Below, piece by piece: positions 29,826-43,324 of a DNA stretch of 64,000 bases. Below the pieces are notes generated by a model that had not been told where the DNA came from, did not search any database, and saw nothing but the letters and a program-made list of their open reading frames with translations. A program made the translations under genes and the position numbers. Numbering within the stretch: position 1 is the first letter of the stretch; every line of letters begins with the position of its first letter. Source of the DNA: Octopus vulgaris (lineage: Eukaryota). The DNA is taken from contig OX597826.1 in assembly GCA_951406725.2 (NCBI GenBank), positions 8,680,001-8,744,000 of the forward strand, written 5' to 3'.

Positions 29826-30369
29826 CTTCACTTCTTTTTCTTCTTTAACCGGAGGTAGCCTCATCAAACGCATACCTGGTTCCGAAAGGCGTTCCTGTCA
29901 GTACCATCCCGTCGTTTTTGTGTATCTATGACATTACATGTCGTCTGCATCTCTCATTGCATCTTGCCGAGTAGAGGCCAAATTCACCTTTCATCCTTTC
30001 CAGATCGATAACAAAAGCTACCAAGCCAAGGCCAATGGGTTCACGGATCAGTCAGAACCTCCGACAGGATGTTGCAGTGCTTATTCCATCCCTTTGCCTT
30101 CTGAGTTCAAATCCCACCACCGCCCAGTTTAACCCCAAAAACTGGCAGTTTTTTTATTTCGAGCATCTCCGATGAGATTTGAGGATGCGACTCTCCCTCC
30201 CTCTAAAAGTCTCGGGGGCCCTATAAAGGGCCATAAATACTATCTCCCCACCTGCCTCAAAGATTAAAATAAGATAGTAAAGTGAAAATTGGTGGGCGTT
30301 TAGCTGTTATTTCTAGTAGACCGGTGATTTTGGCGGTAGTGACGGTGGCAGTTTTGGTGATAGTGATTT

Positions 30370-30760
30370 TTGGTGGTGGTGGTGGTGGTTGTGGTGGTGG
30401 TGGTTGTGGTGGTGGTGGTTGTGTTGGTGGTGGTGGTGTTGGTGGTGGTGGTGGTGGTGGTGGTGGTGGTGGTTGTGCTGGTGGTGGTGGTGGTGGTTGT
30501 GTTGGTGGTGATGGTGGTGATGGTGGTGGTGATGGTGGTGGTGGTGGTGGTGGTGACGGCGGTGTAGTGGTTGTGGTGAAGCGGCGATGGTGGTAGTGGT
30601 TGTCATGATGCTATTGGTGGTGATGGTTGTGTTGGCGGTAATGGTTATGACGATGACAATGGTGATAATGATGATGATGATGATGACGATGATGATGATG
30701 AGGAGGAGGAGGAGGAGGAGGAGGAGGAGGAGGAGGAGGACGACGACGACGACGACGAGG
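30370..30760. repeat. Compound (TGG)(GAT)(GAG)(GAC) array
   Basis: Read directly from the sequence. Confidence 0.9.
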
Positions 30761-32386
30761 TCGGAAAACGATGAAAGCTTTTTGTTTCTCCTTTTCCTGT
30801 TAGAATCTGTAATTCAATATGTTTGCCAGAAACTGAAAACATTTATGATATACAGACCAATTGTTTTGTCATATTTTGTGAAAGATAATCGTGTTTTATG
30901 ATCGCTTGTAAGACCACCATCGCCGCCGCCGCCGCCACCACCGATCACACACTAAGTCCTTTGGAAATGGCGGCTGGTATTAAAATATTAAGTAAATCTA
31001 ATTTATTTACTCGTGTTCGCAGTTAGGTAACTGCTACAGAAACGCCAGTATTTATCTCTGTCAAGTTATAGAAGTTCATTTGTAGTTAGAAACATGTTCG
31101 ATAGTGATATACAGCGCTGGTCGACGGACGATTTGGTCAACAATTTCGCTAATGAATGAAACAGCCGAACGTTCGCATCCTGCCATTAGCGACAAAGGGA
31201 GTGTTATTATCGATAGTTGATATTTATCCTCACTTAAACGTGTATGTTCAGTTAGAACAAACTTTACTGAGGTAGATGCCATGAGAGAAACTCTTATATA
31301 GGCTTTTGGTGCAAATGCACATTTAAGGAGGGATAATAAATATTACCTCTTGGTAGTGATACTGCTTCTGTCGCTGAGGTATAATTTTCAAGAATCTCAC
31401 TGGCGAATCACGATCCCAGGGCCTGTTCAAGCACTGATTGTCTATATGTAGCTAGCGGGAAGATGAGTCGTTGCTATCTCTAGTGGTCGAGTGTCCATCA
31501 CCGAGGAAGACCAAAGAAAGTCGAAATCATGTGATTTTGTGGGCTTGGCGCTGCATTGCTAGAAAGAAGAGTTAAACTACTCTTAATGCTGTAGGAAGAG
31601 CGCAAATATGTGTGTGTATGTGTGTACAAAAATTGTGTGATATCGGCAGCTGTTTCAAGAGGCCTGGAGTTACGTAATAACCATAATTCACAGAGAATAT
31701 GTGCATTATGTTATAGGTATTACTTATCTTATAATTTGTAATTTGTGCTCCTTGTCTGAAGACTGTGTGTATCTACCTTACTACTTCCATATCAGCTCCA
31801 TTTGGATTTCTCATATAGCCACTTTTGATGCCGTGGGACATTCTGTGCGCTTTGCCGTAGGCCTTTCCATATGCCTACCGTAGTCCTCACCGTTGTCCTT
31901 ACTGTGGAGGCCTTGCCCTGGGTGAAGAAGTCGATATCTAAGTTCCTGTGGGTAACTCCAGTTCAATGTTTTTATGAACTTAACAATGTTCATTAGTTTG
32001 GTTCTTTCTTGGATTTAGAATCCATTCGTTGTTTTTGCTTCGCGAATGAAGCGTTCGTATGCATTCTGAGCTGTTTCTTAACGCTTTTTTTAGTTCCTTT
32101 ATGAAGAACTATATTTCCGCATCATAAAAATCTCTGTGATGATCGATTAGAAAAACATCAGATACACATATACATAAGTAATTATTTATATATATGTATG
32201 TATATATATATATGTGTGTGTGTGTGTGTATACATATGTGTGGATATATATATATATACATATATATACACACACATTCACACACTCATATATATGCATA
32301 TGCACCAATGGGTGTGGGCGCGAGCATGCGTGATTTAAATTGTTCTGTATCGCTGTTATCTACGCATACATTATATATAAATACAC

Positions 32387-32474
<88 letters not shown>

Positions 32475-33127
32475 CTTGTAACTATTTTGCGTACCAGGTT
32501 GTTTTTTTTGTTCAAGACCAACGAACAAAATACTTCAATAACACTGAAACCATTTTGAATAAACTAGCCAACCTAACGGTTGCCTTGTTCAACCCATAAA
32601 AATGTATAAATAGGGAAACACACACATAAATGCCGAGCAAGGACGCATGCAGGCATATTGAAATTGATATCTACTGATATGAATCAACACTGGTATTGCT
32701 GTCTATTTGTGCGCAATACATAAAAAGCAAGTCCCTAGGGAGTATCCTTATGATTAGTTCACACACACACACATACACACACACACACATATATATATTT
32801 ATGTATATACATACACACACATACATACATGTATATATGTATATATACATACGTATATGCGATATAATACATTGCATACATACATATATGTGTGAGCAAA
32901 ATGTCGCCTTCTATCACACTTCCAAACGAAGTCAAAACGATTAGTCATAATCGAATGAAGTAAAAAAACAAACTTCAACAATATTTTTAAAAGAGTGATT
33001 GTAACAACGAACTTTAGCTTTCAGTATAACGTTTTCTCAGCTCAGCTATTCCGACTTTCTCAAGTCTTCTCTTCAGTTTTTGTAGCATATATCTAATATT
33101 ATTAAACTGGGAATAGTTTATTATGCA

Positions 33128-33895
33128 ATAGCACTATGACCCGGCGTTGCCAGGTCATAGTGCTAGTGCATGCATATACAGCTGCGTGCATGCACACATA
33201 CACGCGAGTACTGTCCAAATCTCCGACCAATCACATACAGCTAGCTGGCAATCAATTGGCGTATCAAGTTTCGGGCATTTTGATTGCGTTTTGGATAGAA
33301 AATTCACGCGCAGGAGTGGCTGTGTGGTAAATAGCTTGCTTACCAACCACATGGTTCAGGGTTCAGTCCCACTGCGTGGCACCTTGGGCAAGTGTCTTCT
33401 ACTATAGCCTCGGGCCGACCAAAGCCTTGTGAGTGGATTTGGTAGACGGAAACTGAAAGAAGCCCGTCGTATATATGTATGTGTGTGTATGTGTTTCTGT
33501 GTTTGTGCATGTCCCCCCAACATCGCTTGACAACCGATGCTGGTGTGTTTATGTCCCCGTCACTTAGCGGTTCGGCAAAAGAGACCGATAGAATAAGTAC
33601 TGGGATTATAAAAGAATAAGTCCCGGGGTCGAGTTGCTCGATTAAAGGCGGTGCTCCAGCATGACCGCAGTCAAATGACTGAAACAAGTAAAAGAGAGTA
33701 AAAGAGTAAAAAAGTCACTTCTTTTGATTTTTTAATGGCTTCTCTGGGTTAGTGGGGAAATGTAAGGATGTGCACGACCACCTTTGGCCAGTTTTGAATG
33801 ACCATAGAATGTGCGAGCCCTCTAACTGAAAAATTGTGGATTTGTATAAAGGATACACACACACACAGACATTTTGCCGTTTATATATAGAGAGA
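33128..33895 (-). mobile_element. Non-autonomous Helitron-like element, copy 2, interrupted by a SINE A
   Basis: 33128-33307 and ~33709-33895 are the reverse complement of 2013-2375, with the same terminal hairpin and a 5' TC after A. The terminal CTAG reads CTAT here. Confidence 0.8.
33308..33708 (+). mobile_element. SINE family A full-length copy nested in the Helitron
   Basis: A-box-like TGGCTGTGTGG, B-box-like GGTTCAGTCCC, then CCTTGGGCAAGTG, an internal (TG) tract and a GTAAAAGA tandem tail. Confidence 0.92.
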
Positions 33896-34489
33896 TATAA
33901 AAAGAATATACATTAGCAAATAAGTAACGAGAAAGCAGTTCATTACGAATGGTAAATTAATTGAAAATATAATAGGTTTGCTAGGCTTTTATTCAATTGC
34001 AAACGTTGTAACCCGTTTTCATTTACAAGGTGTGGTAAAAAAAATTCACATTATCTATATGAAGACACCGTTTTCACCAACTTAACTTCACAAGCGCGTA
34101 CACTATGTGAAGTTCTTTTGTTTCGCGGCGTCGCTGTTTGTTAAGAAGTAAATGGGTACAGGAGGTCACCAACGGTGGTGCAAATAACACGAAATACGTA
34201 AAGAAACAAGATAAATACGTAAACAACGGGGGAAAATGGAAAACAGGACAAGTAAACACGTAACGGACCTTTCATCGGTCGTCGGTTGTCTATCTACTCC
34301 TCATTTCGAGCAGTCAACGACAATATGAGTCTTCAAAGACAGTTGCTCCCGAAGAATATCTACCGGATGTTTTGCAGAGTTTTGAATGTTTTAAAACATT
34401 TTTTTTTCACTTGTCTGATAACACAGACATAGATTTGCCCAAATGCATCAATAAATTAACATAGATATTTTTTTCACCGTTGTTATAAT

Positions 34490-34968
34490 AATCTGAAATG
34501 GAATTGTCAAAGTGTTATTCAACTTCAAAACTAGACGTAAAACAGCTGAAACTGCTAGCGATATCAACGAAACGTTTGGTGAGGAAATGACCAGTGATTG
34601 GTCAGCTTGAAAACGGTTTAAACGATTTTGCAGGATACCTGAGCCTTGACGATTGTGAGCGTAGTGGACGCCCATCTCTCATTGATGATGGTCAATTAAA
34701 GACCGGCGTTGAGAAAGATCCACGTAAAACCACTCGATAACTGGCAAAAGAACTTCAAGTTAGCCAGAAAACTGCCTGGAACCATATGCATGCGATCGAA
34801 AAATCAAAAAGTTTAGACAAATGGGTACCACACAATTTGAATGGAAATCAGAAAATGCACAGATATGAATTTTTCTCGTCACTTCCCCATCACCAGACCA
34901 ATCCATTTCTCGACCGTATTGTAAGTCGCGATGGAAAGTGGATTCTGTACAATAATAAAAAGCGGCAA
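34490..34968 (+). pseudogene. Decayed mariner (Tc1/mariner) transposase, N-terminal part
   Basis: KTAETASDINETFG..RFKRF..ERSGRPS..VEKDPRKTTR*LAKEL..LDKWVPHNL..PFLDRIVSRDGKWILYNN shows the paired HTH region, the WVPHEL-type linker and the first catalytic Asp motif, with stops and frameshifts. Confidence 0.88.
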
Positions 34969-35295
34969 AAGCACGGACTTTGTCTCCTTAGCCTCTTAGG
35001 GGATTTAAGTAAATCCATACAAATATGACCGAATTGCTTTAAAAAACTCTATTTAATTATTTATGCAGCTGAGGATAGCCCTGCATTTAAATTGATGCAA
35101 TGAGTGCATTAATAAAATAAATGGAGCCGCTTGAAACGATCGTACTGCATCACCTCTAGATATCCTGTTGCTTATTTTGATTTTATTCCCCTTCTATTGA
35201 AGATCTACGAATAATACCGCACTAATTTTCGGTGCTTCAACTTAAGTACCACATTCATCTGGATCGCAATTATTTTGCAATACATATATACATAT

Positions 35296-35344
<49 letters not shown>

Positions 35345-35719
35345 CACACACACACACACATATATATATACATATATATATATATGTTTGTGAGAGTAAA
35401 AGAGAGAGTGTGAATGTCAGAGAGAATATATTTCTATGCATATGTGTGTACGTGTGTGTGTACATCTAAAAAGTATGCAAGCGTGCATATGCATATATTT
35501 TATTTATGCATACACACGCACACACACACACATAACACAACACAAAAAAAAAACATTACATTTCTAATTACCAGTGTCTGTACAAGGTCGGTACTAGGCT
35601 TTTACTAAGAAGCAAAACGAAGTTTCAAGAAGCAGGCACTGCGTTGTTTATTTCCATGCATACATAAACATTACACTTACACACACACATATATACATAC
35701 ATATAAACATATACATGTC

Positions 35720-35750
<31 letters not shown>

Positions 35751-35803
35751 GTATATTTGTATATATATATATATGTATATTTGTATATATATATGTATAT
35801 AGG

Positions 35804-35836
<33 letters not shown>

Positions 35837-36466
35837 GTACGTATATATATAGATTATGTCCTCGTTGACAAAAATACTGTCAAAGTTAATAAAAGTTTTC
35901 GTCTGTATATATAATAATTTTCACACGTTTCTTCTTATCTTTGTTAATTATTCGCTTCTTCTTTTGATTGCTTTTTGTTATTTCACTAACAGTTTTCTCC
36001 CGCTTAACCTTTTCAGTTAGATGAGCTTTCTACTTACTAACGAACAAATAAATATATATAAAAAAATAAAGAAAAATAAAGTTAAAATTAATTTTGCTTT
36101 TGGCATTTGTGTGTGTGTGTGTGTGTGTCTGTATGTGTGTGTGTGTGTGTGTATGTGTTATTTTATTAGTTTTGTACCGCCTCGCTTTTGGCTTTTTTTT
36201 TCTCTCTCTTTTGGTCTAATGTTCTGTTTTATAAATTTTTATATTTTATTTAATTTTTTTAGTTATTTATTTATTTTATCGAATTTATTCTAATTTCATT
36301 CAAAAATAATTCACAAAAATAAAAAAAATTAGAAAAAAAAATTATTTCGACAAAGAGACTTAGTTTTCTGTTCAATACACTACGTTTGACATTTAAAGTA
36401 TCACCTTTTTTATTTGTTGTTGTTGTTATTATTATTATTACTATCAATATTATTATTATTATTATT

Positions 36467-36498
<32 letters not shown>

Positions 36499-36709
36499 TA
36501 TTATTATCATCATTTTATAAACATCTGTATATATATATATGTACTCACACACACTCACACAAGCACCACACACATTATATATATATATATATATATATAT
36601 ATGCGAGTGTGTATGTATATGTATAAGTATGTATATATATATATATGTATACATATAAACTTACAAATATAAGTATGTATATGTAATAAAAAATATGCAT
36701 AAATACACT

Positions 36710-36752
<43 letters not shown>

Positions 36753-37443
36753 ATATTTATTCATTTATATGTGTTAATACATTTATATATATTTTTTATA
36801 CTACGCTTACATACATACATACATACACACACATACATACATACACACATACATACATACACACAGATACATACATACACACATACGTTCATACATTCAT
36901 ACATACATACATACACACATACATAGACACATAGGTATTTATTTTTATTTTTATTGCCATTCTTGTTACACTTCCAATTCGATCACTTGTCACGTTTCTT
37001 TCCGTATGACCTGTTAATTGTGGTGTAACATATTACTTTGTTGCATATATAAATAGCGCTTAGCCGACCACCATCACCTGATGTTGCAGCCGTGGTGGCG
37101 GCGGGGGTGGTGGTGGTGCTGCTGCTGGTGGTGGTGGTGCTGGTGCTGATGCTGTTGGTGGTGGTATTTTATCCTCAGGTCAACTCGAATCAGACAGACC
37201 AATGAACGAAGACATTCCAACCGTGACAATCGTATCATTTGTTTTTCTGGGGGGTGGGGATGTTGTTATTTTCTTTTCTTAGAAATAACTAAAAGTACTT
37301 TTTTTTTTTACTTCATTTGACTTCTGGGGGTTCTAAACAAAATGAATCAATAAATAGGTAGCAGGATGGGATTTGAGGCACATTTAACTACTATTTCTGA
37401 AAGGTCGCGACACCTCGTACAGCATTCGTCATTAATTGTTGCT

Positions 37444-37496
37444 ACTAGTAGCAGTAGCAGTAGCAGTAGCAGTAGCAGTAGCAGCAGCAGCCCCGT

Positions 37497-37541
<45 letters not shown>

Positions 37542-37690
37542 CAACAGCAGCAGCAGCAACAGTAGTAGTGGTGGTGGTGGTGGTGGTGGTGGTGGTGGTG
37601 GTGGTGGTGGTGGTTGTTTTGGTGGTGGTGGTGGTGGTAGTAGTAGTAATTGTAGTAGTAACAGCGGTTGTCAATACAGCTGCTGTGGTG
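37444..37690. repeat. Compound (AGCAGT)(TAG)(TGG) array
   Basis: Read directly from the sequence. Confidence 0.9.
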
Positions 37691-38095
37691 TTGCATAGCT
37701 GGTGATGGAGCTAATGTGTTGACCACATACGTCCTTTTAAGATCCAAGACATTTTCCAAGTTCTCTCCAAGATCTCCTACGTTGACTACATTTCTTCATC
37801 TTATGCAAATAATCGCTCTGGCTAGATATAATGTAAAACTACGTTGAAAGATCCTGGCTATTGGTAAAACAAAGTGCATGAGGATCAGTTAATAATGATT
37901 TTATTCAACATATTTCCCTCTCAGAATCACACACTAATTGCAGCGGTCCTTCAGTTTTTCTAAGCCCTGCAGAAGAAATGGGAACAGTGGGCTTCCAACT
38001 AGGCCTTTCATGATACCCTTAAAGCCAGGAACTTTTCAGCACACCCCCTAGGCACGTGAATACAAATCGTAGCCAGATGTAATATAAAACTTAGT

Positions 38096-38304
38096 GAATC
38101 TTTTGACAAACAACAGCTGTACTTTTATTCAGCTGAATATACGTCATTGATTGGTTGAAATTACCGAAATACGACAACTTTAACACGAAATAACTTCGAA
38201 AATAGAAACTCAACAATGCTAAGAGTAAGAGATATTCTCTATGGCACATTCTACCTGTATCCGAAGTTTCAAAGTGCTTAGTTAAAGAAAATTAATTAAG
38301 ATCC
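38096..38304. mobile_element. Shorter, diverged relative of the 24493-24934 MITE in the opposite orientation
   Basis: The reverse complement shares AAACTTCG.ATAC.GGTAGAATGTG and AATTTCAACCAATCA.TGACGT.TATT with that MITE. Ends are GAATCTT/AAGATCC and the flanks are AACTTAGT/AATTTAGT (8-bp TSD, one mismatch). Confidence 0.65.
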
Positions 38305-38458
38305 AATTTAGTATGTAAATATAGACTGTTGGTAGATATAATCTGAAATTTGGTATAGAAGTATACACTGTAGCGAGATATAGTGTGAAACTAGTTATAT
38401 GAATAAATACTGTAATTCGATATAATATGAAACTTGGTATGTAAATGTACACTGTAAC
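38305..38458. repeat. Diverged minisatellite, ~41-bp unit, about 4 copies
   Basis: Recurring AA(A/C)TT.GTAT..AA.TATACACTGT....GATATA.T.TGA pattern. Confidence 0.6.
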
Positions 38459-38787
38459 AAATGATTTCCACAGTGTTATACAGTAATGCTAACTATCTTG
38501 GCAAAATCCCAAATTTTATTTAATTTGCTTTGCGGGAGCAACTGTTTTATCGAAAGCGTATATTGTTCTTAAATGCTCGAAATACTAGACTAGAGAAACA
38601 GCCAACAACTGATGAAGGGTCCTTCTTTATGTTTGTCTTGTTTTCCATTTGTGTCTTTTGTTGTTCGAATGAATAGTTCTTGTTCCAGGTACTCGTGCTT
38701 CGTACTTTTTTGTTGTACACGTTTCATGACGTCCTGTGCCCAGGTACGCATATGTGTATACGTATAGATGCAAGTATGTACATATGC

Positions 38788-38859
<72 letters not shown>

Positions 38860-39007
38860 TATATATTAACAACAACAACAACAACAACAACAATAATAAT
38901 AATCAGTATGAAGCGTAGCCGCCATGAATTTGCAGCAGGAAAGAATGTCTTGACCTGAAGACACCCAAGACCTGTTCCGAATGTGTGCTATATAATAGAC
39001 TCAGTTT

Positions 39008-39215
39008 AGGCGGCGAGCTGGCGGAATCGTTAGCACGCCGAGCAAAACGCTTAGCGACATTTCGTCTGTCTTTACGTTCTGAGTTCAAATTTTGCCGAGG
39101 TCGACTTTGTCTTTCATCCTTTCGGAGTCGATGAAACAAGTAGCAGTTGAGCACTGGGGTCAATGTAATCGACTCATCCCTCTCCTAAATCGCTGGCCTT
39201 GTGCCAAAATATGAA
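39008..39215 (+). mobile_element. SINE family B full-length copy, short-tail variant
   Basis: GGCGGCGAGCTGGCGGAATCGTTAGCACGCCG...GAGTTCAAATT...GGCCTTGTGCCAAAAT. Confidence 0.88.
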
Positions 39216-39524
39216 CTCAAACAATATATCACATTCCGTTAACGGCATCCAGCTGTCAAGTGGCTGGATTAAACTAAGAAACAGATTGAGTCTCCCACAC
39301 TAAGAAATAACAAAACAAAACAAATATACAAACATCCGTCTACCCAGTTTGATTCACGAGACTCGGGTCGATACGAATCTGTGAGAGGAGACACTTGCAC
39401 AAGGCGTCAGAGAGCGCGAGTGGGACTCATAACGAGGCGATCGTAATGGAAACGGTTTTTCTTTTGTTATTACAGCAAACGGATATATTTGTATATATAT
39501 ACTCTATATATATTTGTATATATA

Positions 39525-39942
39525 GGCGCAGGAGTGGCTGTGTGGTAAGTAGCTTGTTTACCAACCACATGGTTCCGGGTTCAGTCCCACTGCGTGGCAC
39601 CTTGGGTAAGTGTCTTCTACTATAGCCTCGGGCAGACCAAAGCCTTGTGAGTGGATTTGGTAGACGGAAACTGAAAGAAGCCCGTCGTATATATGTATAT
39701 ATATATATGTGTGTGTGTGTGTGCGTGTATGTTTGTGTATCTGTGTTTGTCCCCCCAACATCGCTTGACAACCGATGCTGGTGTGTTTATGTCCCCGTAA
39801 CTTAGCAGTTCGGCAACAGAGACCGATAGAATAAGTACTGGGCTTACAAAGACTAAGTCCCGAGGCCGATTTGCTCGACTAAAGGCAGTGCTCCAGCATG
39901 GCCGCAGTCAAATGACTGAAACAAGTAAAAGAGAGTAAAGAG
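39525..39942 (+). mobile_element. SINE family A full-length copy
   Basis: Complete head-to-tail match to other copies. TATATATACTCTATA occurs on both sides and looks like a TSD. Confidence 0.92.
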
Positions 39943-40806
39943 TATATATACTCTATAATACGTAAATCTGGTTACATGACTGGATACCGAATAAGAATGA
40001 ACGTTAATGTCTCATTAATTCTCATCTTGCTGTGTTCCTTGTAATATATTCCGTTGCAAGCTTTTGCGAGACACTTAAACACGTTTTGATTTGACTAGTG
40101 GGGATGATACATAATATCTTGTTATATTAGATGTAATAATAGCAGTTTAGTAATCAAAATACTTTTTCACTGCTCTGAATGGTAAAACCAAATCATTTAA
40201 TTTATGTGATAATAAATAAAGGTTTAGGTTTCCTTAATACATAGGAAGATTATGTCCAAAATACCGATATCACAGTATTGACAACACATTTCTAGCGCAT
40301 GCTATAAGCATACGTACGTCAACATGTTGAATCAATATATACATACATACATTCATATGCAAATATATATATATATATACATACACATGGTGGCTGCCCC
40401 CTCGTTATCGAGTGTGGCCATTGCACGAAGCTTAAACTTAATCAATGTTGTTATCGTGCAATGCCTGTGCAAGAAGATTTTTTTAAAGTGAGGAAAGGCT
40501 GTGCACTGAGTCAATCCCACTCACTAAGCAACAGCAGCCATAATCCGAAAAGAAGAACAAGTCAACATCATCGGTAACCACTAAGCCGCAGGTTTTATGT
40601 CGGAGTTATCCCAGTTACCTGAGTTACCTTCTCCTAGAAGGATGCCTTAACAAAGGCTAGACGGATGCCTTCAAAGGCTCCCAATGGTTTAACCGAGCGA
40701 TCGGGTATTCAGTCCGATTATTTCTATGTCCCCGCGCATGATACAGCCTTAAGACATTTATTGGATGGCCGTTGACTCTCAAGAGTTCCTCCGTCCTTTG
40801 ACAGTG

Positions 40807-40921
40807 TTCAGGTGACTGCCTGGAATCGAACACGGAAACTTGGGGTTAATAGCCCGCACTCTTAACCACTATGCAATATGACCGTGGGCATATGGTGAGT
40901 TCGATTCCAGGTAGTGACCTA

Positions 40922-40990
<69 letters not shown>

Positions 40991-41175
40991 TACAACAACA
41001 ACAACAACATCGAAAAATACCTAAGGAAATGAAAACTCAGGTTCGAAATTTCCCCAAGACACTTGACGGCTGGAGGGTATATCAGCCGAAACGTTGTGTT
41101 AGCAACAAACAAGATGAATATAAGTGTAAATAATGTAAATAATGTACATAATTCCTCATCTCTTAAATATAGAAA
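40807..41175 (+). mobile_element. tRNA-headed element with an inverted head duplication, (AAT)n linker and decayed hammerhead
   Basis: A minus-strand tRNA-like head at 40811-40883 (TAGTGGTTAAG, GGGCTATTAACCC, GTTCGATTCC) abuts a + strand internally deleted copy at 40886-40919. (AAT)n/(AAC)n follows, then hammerhead-like stems at 41058-41100. Confidence 0.65.
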
Positions 41176-41344
41176 TGAAAAACTCTTTAATTCTAACAGA
41201 ACTTGGCTAGAAAGATATATCTAACTTTTAATTATTCGAAAACAATGAAGTACCCAGACTCAAATCGAACTTTCGAACTTTTGGTTGGTAGACCAGCATA
41301 AGGGAGATGTTAGTAAGTATAGAAAGAGATAAATAGTAAATATA

Positions 41345-41770
41345 CTCTTTACTCTTTTACTCTTTTACTTGTTTCAGTCAGTTGACTGCGGCCATGCTGG
41401 AGCACCACCTTTAGTCGAGCAACTCGAGCCCGGGACTTATTCTTTGTAAGCCCAGTACTTATTCTATCGGTCTCTTTTTGCCGTACCGCTAAGTAACGGG
41501 GACATAAACACACCAGCATCGGTTGTCAAGCAATGCTAGGGGGACAAACACAGACACACAAACACACACGCACACACACACATATATATACATATATATG
41601 TATATATACGACAGGCTTCTTTCAGTTTCCGTCTACCAAATCCATTCACAAGGCTTTGGTCTGCCCGAGGCTATAGTAGAAGACACTTGCCCAAGGTACC
41701 ACGCAGTAGGACTGAACCCGGACCGTGTGGTTGGTAAGCAAGCTACTTACCACACAGCCACTCCTGCGCC
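41345..41770 (-). mobile_element. SINE family A full-length copy with a 13-bp TSD
   Basis: AATAGTAAATATA occurs at 41332-41344 and 41773-41785. Confidence 0.92.
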
Positions 41771-42162
41771 TGAATAGTAAATATATAGGTATATTCTAAC
41801 AGAAGCACGAGGACATATGTCTTGTGAAGTGTGCATGTTAAATTATATCGGCTAGAGTACTTAACTGCTCTTTTATTTCATAACGAAAGTGAAAGTCGAT
41901 GCTAGCGGGATTTGAACTAAATAATGCAAGCTTATATTTTTCGCCACTCTACCGATTTTATCGCTCCATCGCCGTCATGTACTGATATGTATTAGTGAAG
42001 CAACATCTAAATATTAAATGGTCAGTCCTTTCCTGAAGGTAATTTAATAAGTATGGTGGTCTGGGAATGCACATTAATTTTTCTGATGTCTACATCCATT
42101 AGTGATATAGTTTAAGAGTGTGATACGGGCGTGTTGTTACGCTTCAGTGTGCATTGTGTGTG

Positions 42163-42245
<83 letters not shown>

Positions 42246-43050
42246 GTGTGTGTATGTGTAAATAAATACATATATAAATGAGTGTGTGTGCATGAGTTAT
42301 GAATGTAGGTATGTGTATATGAGGTCATTAGTTCAACCCTTGGTCAGCACGCAGGACAATTAGGCGAGAAGCACAACTGTCGTGGGATATGGCAACATGA
42401 GGCATGAAATTAAGTATCCTCGGTCGTATTTTTCATTCAGATATGTTTTATATTCATTTTGTATATCATATATTTTCGTTTAATCTGCTATACGAATTTT
42501 GTTTATGTATTATAAAATATATAATTTTGTATACTGTTAACGCCCTCAGATAAAGTTGTTCCGCTTTAGGTCTCGAAACAATAAATATACCCGTGTAGCA
42601 GCTGAAGATAGGATGTTCTCTATTTATGTAATACATGTAAAGTTTCGGTTTCTGTTGCCTGTCACCGTTCTCCTATATTTTTTTCGTATGAAGTTGGCAG
42701 GTCTGGTCCTAACTACAGTGATTTTACTGATTTTAAACTAGAGAATAAGTTGAAGATTTATAAAGAAACGCTTTTTCTGGTGCATATAGTTTTCTAAAAG
42801 GCTTATATTTTAGTTTGGGTTTTAATGTTGTTTCACAGCATGTATGAAGCTTGTGTGTCAATAATTTGCGCATGTATGTGTGTGTGTTCTTTTTGCTCCC
42901 TTATTTCTAATTTTCACAATCATTTATAATTGTGTATTCCTTTACATTAGAGTAGATTCTGTCATTGAATTGTGGCCATGCTGGGGCATTACCGTCAGGG
43001 GTTTTAGTCGATCACATCACCCACCAATACTTGTTTCAGGCTACACACAT

Positions 43051-43102
<52 letters not shown>

Positions 43103-43324
43103 TCTCACACACAGCCGCATACCTATGTATGTATTTATGTATCCTTGAAGACAATCAAACGAAATTTTCATCATTTCTAGTCACTCACCCAATGAGTATT
43201 TCTGTCAAATTTGATGAAAATCCGTTCAATCGTTTTCCAGTAATTTTACAAACCCAAAAGACAAACAGACAAAAACGGGTGATTACAATACCCTGTTTTC
43301 GCTTAAGCGTGCAAGGTATATATA

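Noticed and set aside
33025-33080. Hammerhead-like CTGAAGA plus hairpin on the minus strand
   Set aside because: The GAAA box reads GGAA and stems I and III cannot be formed.
40811-40883. Functional tRNA gene
   Set aside because: The acceptor and T stems pair poorly and the sequence is duplicated as part of a repeat, so it is treated as a tRNA-derived head.
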